Part shown: in pieces, positions 12,178 through 23,849 of the stretch
Position numbering within the stretch: position 1 is the stretch's first letter
How the letters are laid out: each line of letters starts with the position of its first letter
Source of the DNA: Octopus sinensis
Lineage: Eukaryota
NCBI RefSeq assembly: GCF_006345805.1
Contig: NC_042998.1
Location: forward strand, 135,036,001 to 135,100,000
DNA length: 64,000 nt
Direction of reading: 5' to 3'
Position numbers and translations under genes: made by a program
Notes under the pieces: model-generated
What the model was told of the DNA's origin: nothing
Databases searched by the model: none
What the model saw: only the letters and a program-made list of their open reading frames with translations

Positions 12178-12965
12178 AATACATGTATTGTGTCTATTAA
12201 ATAATATATATGTATATATATATACTTTCAGAATACCTGATGATAAATAGTTTCAGAGAGCAATGTGTTTTCCTTAGAGTTACATTACTTTTTATAGAGA
12301 TACTCTACTTGGTTTTCTCAGTCATATTATTTTATATTTTATTTACATACATTTTAAATATTTATTCATTCTTTTTAACATCCATTTTCCCATACCAATA
12401 TGGGTTTTGGACAGGGAGTTAGTTACTTTGTAGGATTTTATGGCCAGTTGCTCTTCCTGTTGCTAACCCTTACTGTCTTTCAAGTAAGGAATTTCTTTCA
12501 CAGCTTTCCAAAAGTGCAGAGCAACTGATTATAATGTCAACATCAGCACTGCTTCATTCAAGTAGCAACAAGCATGGAACACACACACGCATGCATATAC
12601 ATACATATAAGTATATACAAGTGTCATCATCATCACCATTTTAATGTTCACTTTTACATGTTTGTATGGGTCAAACAGGATTTGTTGTGGTAGATTTTCT
12701 ATGGCAGGATGCCCTTCTTGTCACATACACTCACTGATTTCCAAGGTAATATTTCTCCATGGCCAGACATGTTTTCAAGGAACGTTGAAAATGAAGAATA
12801 TCGCTGTATGACAGTGACACTTGTTTACAACTGTCACATGATGTCAAGACAAGGAGATAACAACTCACAGACACACAGCGGGTTTCTTTCAGTTTTGATC
12901 ATTTGCCTAATTCGCTCACAAGGCTTTGGTCAGCCCCAGCATATACTAGAAGACACTTCACCCAA

Positions 12966-13024
<59 letters not shown>

Positions 13025-13046
13025 TTGTAGTAATAATAATAATCCA

Positions 13047-13214
13047 TGGATGGAATTTATAAATATTTTAATGCATTGTTATGCATGTTTCCACAAATCA
13101 CGTTTCTTAAGATCGTAGTCCATATTCCCAGGAGTATAGACTATGATCTTAAGAAACTTGTGATTTACGGAACCGCACATAGTGATGCATTTAAATATTT
13201 ATAAATTCCACCCA
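13047..13214. repeat. About 165-bp foldback between (AAT)n/(TTA)n tracts
   Basis: ggaatttataaatatttt...tttcttaagatcgtagtc is mirrored by gactatgatcttaagaaac...aaatatttataaattcc; centre about 13129. Confidence 0.85.
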
Positions 13215-15249
13215 TTTAGTATTGTTGTTGTTGTTATTATTATTATTATTACTTCTATATTTTATCCTACATTATTTTGACACAGCTCAGTATGACCCCA
13301 AAAAACTGGTATTGCTAGTTGGTATTATTAGGCTGTAGCTGGCATAATAAAATAGGAGTTTTTATATGCAAATCCAAAACATTTCCTGTAAATGAACTTA
13401 AAGGATATATACAATCATCATCAACTTCCTGCAGTTTTCAAATTCTCTCACATGACATTTGTTGACCAATGGCTCTAGTAAAAGACACTTACCCAAAGTG
13501 CTGTATGGTGGGACCAAATCTAAAACCATGTAGTTGCAAAGCAAACTGCTTAATCACACAACCATACTTCTATTTCCTTCATAATGCAATAAAGTTACTG
13601 GGAAGGAATTTCTCTAGTTTATAGAATTAAATATGTGAGAAAATTTTTATTTTGCTCATGAATAGTCAATTGAAAACTTCGTTAATCTTGAGAAATATAG
13701 AGTAACAATTTTGTTGAAAAATATGTAACTAACAGTTTGTGATTAACTGTTGTGGAGTTAGATATTTTAACTGATAAAAGCTAACAGAATAGCTAAAGAG
13801 CAGTTCTTGTGAGTTATGTTAATCTTACTAAAATGTTAGACTAACTTCAGTAGTCAGTTGTTATAAATGTTGTTTATATTTAAGTAATGTCAATATCATT
13901 TCAATATCCAGTGGTATCTTCATTAGTTTTTATAAAGAAACTTGGTCTAATTGTAGCTGTTACTCAGTATCTTGTTGTTGTTATTAATATGACTGAAGTA
14001 AATTGTGATAGTTGTCAGGATCAGTGGAGTGACAGACATTTAGTTACAGCCCTTTACATTTTGAGTTCAAATTCTTCCAAGTTCAACTTGACATGTCATA
14101 AATGAAATAAAGTATCCCTTAAAAATTGGGATCAATCTTAATGAACAACTATGTCTTTCCCCATAATGATGTGGGCTTGTGTTAATGCTAAAATTCAGCA
14201 ATATTTCTGTGAATAGGGCAGCAGAAATGACCAGGATAGTTCAGTCCTGGACTAAATATGTTACAGTATTTAGTTTCATGTTACAGTATTTAGTTCAAAT
14301 CCTGTTTAAAGTCAACTTTACTATCTTTTACAAACCAACTTTGGTTTTCATTTCACTTGAGTTGAAAAAATAAATAGCAGCAAGACAAGCATGAACACCA
14401 TTTTTTTTCAACAAGAAACTATATTATTTCACTGATTTGGAAATTATTTTAAATTTGTTAATTCCTATTTTGTCTGAATTTTTACCATTGTTGAATTTGC
14501 AACTTCGTGTCTTGCCATTTTTATGTCTTTCTAGTCTGTTAGATCTGTTTCCTATTATCTCCTCTCTAAACTTTATTCTGGTTGGAAAAATTGATTTTGT
14601 GATATGTTATAAATAGCTATTGGGTATGGTATTTTGAAAGAAATATTTTTGTTTTATTTGTTATCCTTGTAAAACATTTCTGTGACATAACTATTTTCAG
14701 GCAATTATGACTTCATATATAAAATATATTGTAAGAGAGTACTCAGTATGTTGGGTACAACAGATGCTTTTATTATGATATTGTAGATTAATGCTAACAT
14801 GCCATCTTAAAGATGGCATGTTGAAGATATTTACAAAAAAATTTGTACTCAACCAATTAAAAAATTCTTTTTTGCCCAGTCTGAGTTCATATTTACATTT
14901 TCTTATCTATAAAGATGTGTGTATATATATATGCATGTATGTGTATATATATATATATATATTTATGTGGTGTACCTGCATATACATACATATGTATATA
15001 TATGTTTGTTTTATGTGCATATAATTACATCAAGAGCTGTGTAGTGATTGTGAGTATATCTATTAGTTTCACCTTTGAATGTAATTTTATTTTTTATGCT
15101 CCTACTCCTTTTTCTCTCCATCTCTCCCCTTCTTTTATATAAAAACACATTCTCTCTTTCCCTCACCATATCACCATATATATATGTGTGTGTGTGTGTG
15201 TGTATTGTTGAAATGTGCAGAAAACAAATTATTTGTATCGCAGATATTT

Positions 15250-15304
15250 CATGACATATGTTTCAATGATCACTCAAACCAATTAGAGATCATTTCATCA
15301 GATG
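15250..15304 (-). ncRNA. Minimal type-I hammerhead with palindromic stem III
   Basis: CAU-CUGAUGA-AAUGAUC...GAUCAUU-GAA-ACAUAUGU-C^AUG; perfect 7-bp stem II, GUC site between 15253 and 15252, stem I only 3 bp. Confidence 0.72.
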
Positions 15305-15585
15305 GTGTGATGGTGTTCATTTCATCTATTATTGCTATGCTATAATCCAAGTCCCTGTTAATGCTGGTTTATAGACAACATTAGAGAATAAGTGTTTAGT
15401 ATAGGTGAAACTTGAACCCTAATCCCATGGTAACTTATTGTGCATTTCAGCACATCAGTATATATATATAGTGTTGAGTATTCTTTTTTTCTTGCTTGTA
15501 AATCCATACATGTATTATATATATATATTTAATAATAGAAGCAAAATACACTAGATCTTGGACTACCTCCTCATTGAAATCCATA

Positions 15586-15645
15586 AAACATGTAGTTATT
15601 TTCATGAAGTCTAATAAACATGTAGTTATTTTCATGAAGTCTAAT
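15586..15645. repeat. Perfect 2 x 30-bp tandem duplication
   Basis: aaacatgtagttattttcatgaagtctaat occurs twice in tandem. Confidence 0.95.
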
Positions 15646-15995
15646 AAGAAAATTTTAAGATTTTGATCAAGATGTTTTGTTGAAGGAGAAACAAGATGCC
15701 TCTTTGGAAGACTGAAAATAGGGCTGAGGAATATAAGAAACCTGTAGAGGAATGGAAGATGACCATACATAGAGGATGGTAGTTGGTAGTAACATGATAG
15801 AATAAAGAAGAAAATCAGGGAAAGGGAAGGAGAAAAGGGATAATGAAGTGAATAGAAATAATAAAGGAACATGTCTATACATTTATGCAGGAGTGTGTGT
15901 GTGTATGTATGTATGTAGATACGTCTATATATATATATATATATATGTATGTATATATATATGTATGTATATATATATGTATGTATATATGTATG

Positions 15996-16335
15996 TAGCT
16001 GGACTCAAGAGTCATCTTCGTAGTCATAAAGTGAGACAGATGAGTGACAACCTGGCCACTGGTGGTGGTGTAACACACCATACTAATCATATCTGTTGGG
16101 CATGTGGACAAGAGTGTAATTCGGCAGGAGGACTTAAATGACATGCAAAGGTACATGAAGCCCAGTTACAACTACAGCCAGCTATTACCGGTAAAGGTTT
16201 TAGCTGCCAATTCTGTACAAGACATTATTGATCTTTAGCTGGGCTAAAAAGTCACATTTGATCACAGCACCAATAACAGTTAAGCTTCATGCAATGGCCA
16301 TACTCGATAACGAGGGGGCAGCCATAATAATATAT
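15996..16335 (+). mobile_element. 3' end of a LINE with C-terminal C2H2-like zinc fingers
   Basis: AGLKSHLRSH; CWACGQECNSAGGLK*HAKVH; CQFCTRHY*SLAGLKSHI; ends in ctcgataacgagggggcagccataataata, a LINE-like tail; in-frame stops. Confidence 0.6.
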
Positions 16336-18769
16336 GTATGTGCACTTGGCAATATTGACAACTCTTCAGACATGGTTGTTGGAAGCATGAAAAGTTGTGA
16401 ATATTATGAAGTACATTATTTGATATGAAACTGATGGTAACACATTGACCAGTTATATACTATAATCAGCAATATACTACCTGATGATATAAAAATGTAA
16501 CCATTCTATTTCTCATATTGAGTGAGCTTTCTTCCTGACTTATAGACAACTAACTGATAATACATACATACATATGCACATCATCATCATTTAACATCTA
16601 CTTTTCCATGCTTGCATGGGTCAGATGAAGTTTGTTGAAGCAGATTTTATAGGCCAAATGCTCTGTCAACAACTATCACATGATTCCAAGCATGGTGTGT
16701 GTATATATATATATACATACGCACACACACACATATTTGATGTGATAGACTGTTTTTACCTACTTGGTCAAATCTAGAGGTGTTTTGTTTTATCTATGGC
16801 CAGAATCCTTTTCTCTTCTCCCCTTTTCATATATATGTTTCTTATGATACAAAACATTCTTTGTTTTAAAGTATTCATATTCAATTAAAATTTTCCATTA
16901 TAATTCTATACATTTATTATATTCCAAATAGTAGCTTAATTGTAAAAGAATTATTTTACTAAATTCCCTTAAAAGACTTTGATTATGTTCAAAATTAATT
17001 GGAATTCCCTAACAGTGTATTTTCTTAGACATAGGGTCATGATTGGTTATTCTACACTGCCTCAGTTAATTTAGCTGTTAGCAATGAGTACCAGATGATC
17101 AGGAAATGTTTACTTGTGACAGACTAGTGTTCTGTCCATGTAGTGGTTTATCTCTTATCTAATTAACGCTATAAATAAAGTGAAATTAATTACCATGTCT
17201 TAAGAGGCATTACATATTTTTACATCATATGTATTTTTTAAAACTTTTTCTCCAGAATGAAATATTTTAGTTCTTTTGAGAAGTCAGAACATAGCTTAAG
17301 CAGTTTTGTTTTCAGAAGTTGATTTATCCTGGATTAAAAATTCTCAATAGGAATGAGAATTTTATTTTTTACTTTTTTTTTTTAATGTTTGGAAATTGAT
17401 GAGTTGTTTCATGGATGAGTAATATATCTACTGGATTTATAATAAAATCATAAATGATAAAAGGAACAAAAGCTTTTTATTATTAGTCATTTTACTAAAT
17501 TTCCTTAAAATTCTTTGATTATTTTCAATATTAATTTGAAGCCCCTGCACAATGTATTTCCTTAGAGCTTTCGAATAATACCACTCTGCTGGCTAAGTGA
17601 GCAGGCCAACATTATTATTATGTATATATTCAATGAAGAATTAAGTCAATTTAAGTTTTCTTTGAGTCTTACATTTTACTTATATTCTCTTAAAATGTTT
17701 ATACAAAATCTAATTCCTACAACCCATCCACATCCATTTTAATTTCCATCTCAGAATGGAAATTCTTTTTCCTGATTTCTTCACTGAATTTCATGTAACT
17801 TGAAAATTCTTTTTCTTTTTTTCCTTTTTTTGAATTTACTTGTTATAATAAAAAAAAATTTATTTTTCTGATTTTATCATACATATATACATTTTTGTAT
17901 CAAGCCTGGTATTACATAGAAGGTTAAAAGCCATGCCTCACCTTTACATAGATGATAATGATAAATATAATTATTGTTTGTCATTTCCTTTTCATGTCTT
18001 CAAACCTGGTACTTAAATTTTAAGCAATTCATTGGTTATCTCATTTTACTAATTGAGATTATTAATTTAAAGAAAGGGCAGTGAAGAGCAGAATCTATCA
18101 AATGATGGACAGAAAATGACTTATGGTATTTAGTTATATACTTTTATGTGCCAAAATTAACTTTGCATTTCATCCTTTTAGGAGTTGGTAAACTCAGTCT
18201 CAGTGAAATATTGAAGTTGATTAATCAGCTTTTTTTTTGCTTTTTTTTTTTTTACCCCTCACCAGAAAATGCTTTGTCTATTTTCTTATGTTAGAAACCA
18301 TTATTAAAATGGGCAAGTGAGATGACGAGATATAATTGATACATTGAGGGATGAAACACTTTGCTGTATTTGGTCATGATGCTGTTTGTCCTGAGCTCAA
18401 ATCTCACCAGTGTCAATTTGTTTTGCCTTTCATTCTTCTGCAGTTCAGTAAAATAAGAATCTGTCATGTGTTGGGATTATTCACACTCTACCCACCAGGA
18501 TATGTAGTTTTTATGACTGTTAGAAATAATTATTAATTTCAAGAAATACAATAATATAATGTTTTGCAAGGGGAGCAAAAACAATAAAGGAGAACAGCGA
18601 CATATATTTTGGGTAGATTATATGTATTTTAAAATAAATTGTTTGATATCCAGTGTTGAAAGTCTTGTTCAATTACATTCCAAATGCACTCACTTATTCA
18701 ACATATGTGTTTGTGTGTGTTAATGTTTTTTTTTTATGTTTAGTTATAATAAAAACAATTTTACTTTAA

Positions 18770-20110
18770 TCTGTGGGGTGACCCAAAAGTTCTGTTACAA
18801 AGGTTAAACAATGTATTTCAGCTAAATCTGAATCAGTTTACTTGAAAACTTGCAAACTAGTTTTTAACATTTTCAGCAATGTTACAGCAAAAAATTATTC
18901 AATAAATCTACCTAGTTTCTCTATTACAGCCATAAGTCTACCAAGCACTGCTTCAACAGCGGCTCACAAGACTTCTAGTAGTATTTTCTCCCATTCACAC
19001 TGCAGAGACCTCTTTAAATCCACTACTAAATGATGAGATTTAGCACAAGCATTGGTCTCCATGATGAACCAAATGCTAAAGTCCATTAGGTTGAGGTCTG
19101 GGCTTGAGGGAGGCCATTCTTCCTTGGACAAGGAATCTGGGACATTGTCACTAAGTCACTTCTGAGTCCTGTTTGCAGTGTGGGCAGGTGCTCCATCCTG
19201 CTGGAAGAGAGAGGGGCCACTGTTGAACAATTCTTGGCTTAAATGTTTCACCACAGGCTCAAGAATGAGTTCTTCATAGCTTGCAGCCTTGATTTTGACT
19301 ACTTTATGAATAAAAAAAAAAAGAGGAGTTTTCCCCTTTGAAGATACTCTAGTCCAAACCATCACAGATAAGGGCTTTTGAGTGGCAAATAGTTCTAGTA
19401 TCTTCTGGACATGACTGAGTGTTTTCTGCAAGGACCCATTTCATTGTGGTTGTTGTGAGCTTCTTCAACAGTGAACAGCATTTTGCCCAAGCTGTGAGTA
19501 TAAAGTTGCTCAAGCAGTGCATGACTTCTTGCAAGTCTCTTTGAAGCAGTTGTTAGGCTGTGAACTTTTCAGTTTCAATGAAGCAAGTCCAAAGTCACTT
19601 TTGACAACTCACCTCAAAGATTCTCTTGAACTCCCAGCTCAGTAGCCATCTTTCTCATGGAGTGCTTTGGATTTCTGTGAACTCTAGAACTGATGATTTT
19701 TTTTGAGCCTGGAAGTCCTGACTGACCTGGGATGTCCTGTTCTCACTCAATCTCAAACTCCTCCAGTGTCCCTAAATCAATTGATGGTTCGGTAGATGAA
19801 AATTTGCCTTGTTTTTGGCAAATTGAGAAGATTCAAAATTTCTGAAGGTGACTTGCCAGCTTGATGTATTTCAACTACAGCAGATCGTTCATATTCCATT
19901 CTAATTTTGGACAAAACTATATCTCTTAGCATAAAGATGAGTTCAGAACCTGAAAGAAGACAAAAGAAAAATCTTTAAAATGATAAGAAATAATGATAAA
20001 ATTGCCACTTTTTTATATTAAATTAAGAACTTCAAAAAATGTAACAGAATAAATTTTAGCCATTGTCATAAAGCCTGACAAAGACTTACTGGCCGAAACT
20101 TCGAAGTCAC
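18770..20110 (-). mobile_element. Decayed Tc1/mariner-superfamily transposon, DD37D (maT) type; CDS remnant about 19899-18895
   Basis: MEYERSAVVEIHQAGKSPSEI HTH; VMVW; QQDGAPAH...WPPSSPDLNLMD with 37 residues between the aspartates; multiple stops; TIRs not resolved. Confidence 0.88.
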
Positions 20111-20304
20111 TGTCAGCAATATTCTTTATATATATTTCACATACAGTTCATATTTGTCCTTAACAATTGTTTCAATGGTGTGAAACATCATTATTTAATT
20201 GGAGTACATAATTATTTAAAAGTTTACCTATATCTTAAGGGAAAATGATAATCATAACACTGTTACTGATTTAAATACAATCGAACAGAGAGAAAAAAAT
20301 ATCA

Positions 20305-20647
20305 GCAAGGGCTAGCTGTGTGTTAAAGAAGCTTGCTTTACAACTATTTGGTTTCTGGTACAGTCCCACTGCACTGCACTTTAAGCAAGTGTCTTAACTC
20401 CAGGTTGACCAATTCCTTGTGAGTGAATTTGGTAGTTGGAAACTGTGTGGAAGCCCATCATGTGTGTTTGGGTTTGTCCCATTCACAACTGGTGTTGGTT
20501 TGTTTACATACCCATAACTTAGTGGTTTAGCAAAACAAACTGATAGAATAAGAAAATAAGTATTGGAGTCAGATTTGTGTGACTAAACCCTTCAGGTAGT
20601 GCCCCAGCACTGCCACAGTCCAATGACTGAAACAAGAAAAAGATAAG
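20305..20647 (+). mobile_element. tRNA-derived SINE family A, older copy
   Basis: Same blocks as the copy at 29634, ending caatgactgaaacaagaaaaagataag. Confidence 0.8.
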
Positions 20648-20785
20648 TTGCCTGATTACCAGTTTTAATTCTTTTCTCCCAAAGATATAGGTAACACATC
20701 ATTTTTGTATTTTAATAACATATTTATATAATAATGTTTTATTCCATTGCAACAGCTGTTGAGAACAGTTAAATTATGAATTATA

Positions 20786-21920
20786 CACAGATGCAACAGA
20801 AGTAAATAGACACCCCATAAAACATTGTTTTATGTTTCAGGTTCTATATGTGACTGTTTAATCATGTACAAAAGAAGCCTTGGAATTGTCTGAATTTCAA
20901 AGAGATCATATTGTGAGTTATTCTGAAGGTGGACATAGCGTAAAATTGCAGTGAACCTTGGGATCTCACTTTCTACAGTTAATAGAGTGATTGTGCAATT
21001 CACCAGAGAAGGGAAGGAGTCCACATCACCTCGCCCAGATCAACCAGGACCCTTCTCTTTGTTAAGAGTAGTGTGGAGGATAATCCTCGTTGCAAGGCCT
21101 CTGACATAGCAGAACAAGTTGATGTCAGTCCCAGAACAGCTGTCAGGTATCTTCACATACTCGATTACTATAGCAGAGCAGCAAGAAGGAAGCCACTTCT
21201 TTGACCAGCCAACATCAAGTGGAGAAAAGATTGGGCCAGTGAGATGGTGGAGAGGCCACTAGCATTTTAGGATACTGTCATATTCTCTGATGCATCCAGA
21301 TTTGCTGACAGTGGTTGAGTGTGGGTCTGGAGGCTCTATGATCAAGAATTTGATGTGAAAAGATTGCAGCCAACAATGAAACACAGCAGCTATTCGGTGA
21401 TGGTCTGGGAAGCAATTTGGTGGAGTGTGAGGGAAACATAAACCCAAATAAATATATTGCAGAAGGGACTCCTTCTAATCTTCTCCAGTGGTAAAATGAT
21501 TAAAGAAGATTTTATTTATGGAAGATGGGGATCCTTGTCACACCGCTAAAATGACCCAAGATTTGGTGGATGAGAATGGCATTAAAAAGCTTCCATGATC
21601 AATCCACTCACCAGATATGAACACTATTGAGCACCTCTAGGACATAATAGACAGGACACTTCATAAAAAGAACAAGAAAGCATCTTTAAAGCCATATTTT
21701 TAGAGATTACTGCATGAAACTTAGCAAGGAATTTCACAAGAGAATATTCATCTGATCAGTAACATGCCTAATAGGGTCCTTGCATTGAAAAATGCAAAGG
21801 GCATGTCTACTAAATCTTAAATATTCACATTATAACAATAAATAATTTGAATGTGTTATTTCAGATTTAAATAAACTTTAGTGATTATAAGGGCGTCTAT
21901 TTACTTCTGTTGTGTCTGTG
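20786..21920 (+). mobile_element. Tc1 (DD34E) transposon with both TIRs and TA target duplication, decayed
   Basis: TA|CACAGATGCAACAGAAGTAAATAGACACCC ... GGGCGTCTATTTACTTCTGTTGTGTCTGTG|TA; RKPLL, VIFSD, and DGDPCH...SPDMNTIE with 34-residue spacing. Confidence 0.92.
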
Positions 21921-23849
21921 TACATAAAATTTATGCTTTTTATTTAAATATGCTATCATCAGTGCTTGTTTTACATAATTCTGTATAAACATGCAAGTTT
22001 GTTCCACGAGGATTATATACTGAATTTAATCCTTTCTCTGTTCTATCCAATATAGTTCTTAAAATAATTATGCTAGAAAGTTTGTTTTATGGTGGAAAAA
22101 TGATGAAATTTAGATTTTTATTTGACAATTTGTTTGCTGTATCAGAATATGGAATTTTGCAGATAAGCCTCATGTACATCATTTAGCTCCATGAGTGTAC
22201 AAGGATGCAAAATCTATGATAGGAACCTTTTTCATTCCACTATGCTTTAATTTCTGGAGATATGGTGATAGAGTTTGAATTAATCCTGCCTCTGAACCTA
22301 AATAAATAACCATGCTTATTATATCTGATCTTATATTCCTCACAAAAGGCACATGACTTTATGGTTAAAATGTGAGTTATTTGATTTATAGACTAAGCAG
22401 TACACTGTGTCCTTGAGAAAGGTACTTCATTTTGCATAGCTCCTGTCTACTTAACTGAAAAATGAGAATACCAGTCAAGTACTACTGCAGCCTTCTCTTT
22501 GTCCAGCTGTCACATCCTTAATGTTCTGCTAGGCCAAGAGAGTATCTATTTCTTGCTTAAAATTATATAGGCACTTAAAGCAATTAGCAAAAGCATGATA
22601 CATAGATTATACTCACTTGTGAGTAATGGCAATGACTATGGATTTAGTCCTAAATACACTGTCTTGAAAATAAGATCAGATGGAATGACTTTGACAATTG
22701 GTTTGCTTGTATAGGGATCACCTGAAATTAAACAAGTCATTTTGTATATGACTGTAACTTCCAAAAGTTATACTATGAAGATATTCTCTCTATATAATCA
22801 GACATGGAGATTTAGAAGTTACATTCGAGAGTTTTTCTCTTTAGGAGAAAGTGAATCATCAAGAGGAGAAACTAGTGCACAACAAACTGAGTGATTGCTA
22901 TTTAGCTTCAGGTAGATTCTGATTGGATAAACCTATGATCAAATTGTTCCAGTCATTACCATCTCATCTTTTTCTCAGATTTATTGACTCAATATTTTCT
23001 TTCAATATTTCTTTTTTTAAGCTAGTGTTATTTGGCTACAATTTCAAGTTATTTATTAACCTGCAGTCTTGAGTTTTATTTTCTCCTTCTTGTTTAGCTC
23101 CAAGCACACCATGACAAACCACATTCTCAGGTTTAAACATTTCTTGTGGTACTTTAAAAACAAAAACATTTCTACAATAACCTTGGGATTCCCCAATACG
23201 TGAGAAAGTTTGTTAAATGAAAACTGCAGAATATTTCTTTATACATATATAACTGTGTTAACCGAAGTAAATTCTTTGTGTAATTAAAGATTATAAAGGG
23301 AAGGTAACTCTCTAAAGGGACGTAACTCAGGTAAGATTATACATCAGAATAAAAATGTCTGTTTAAATGTGATATATAACAAGAAAAATTCAAATACATA
23401 TCTTCCTTTTTTTTTTGGTACTAAAATGGTGATTAGAGGAAGAAGATAGCTGGGAACTATGGGTATTTATAGGGGATTAGCACAAGGGGGGTGGGGATTA
23501 CACTATACATTGTTTTAATTTTAAATTATCCTCTATTATTATTTTCAAATTTACCTATATTGGAAGATATATATAATTTGTTATAAAATCATTTTAGTAA
23601 TATTTAATTCATATATTTATTTAAATTATTGCATTATTTTTTATTTATATATTCTATTCAAGTGCTTTAGAAATAAAATTATGTGGTTATTTGATTCAGG
23701 GATCAGGGGTTCAGTTACTAATTGTAAAATTACTTTGGTGTCCACGTTCTCATATGTGTTTAATAATAAATCTCTAGACTGTAGTAGTTTCATAAATTAT
23801 GTTATGCATAATAAACACATTTTATCCCCAATATTATAGGAGTGGGCTC

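Larger units (their letters stand above)
11686..12203. repeat. 518-bp foldback (arms about 240 bp, about 24-nt loop), probably PLE pseudo-LTR derived
   Basis: tatttaatagacacaatacatg... is mirrored by ...catgtattgtgtctattaaata; each arm carries a hammerhead core. Confidence 0.9.

Noticed and set aside
15996-16335. Host C2H2 zinc-finger gene exon
   Set aside because: In-frame stops, no TGEKP linkers, no splice sites and a LINE-like tail.
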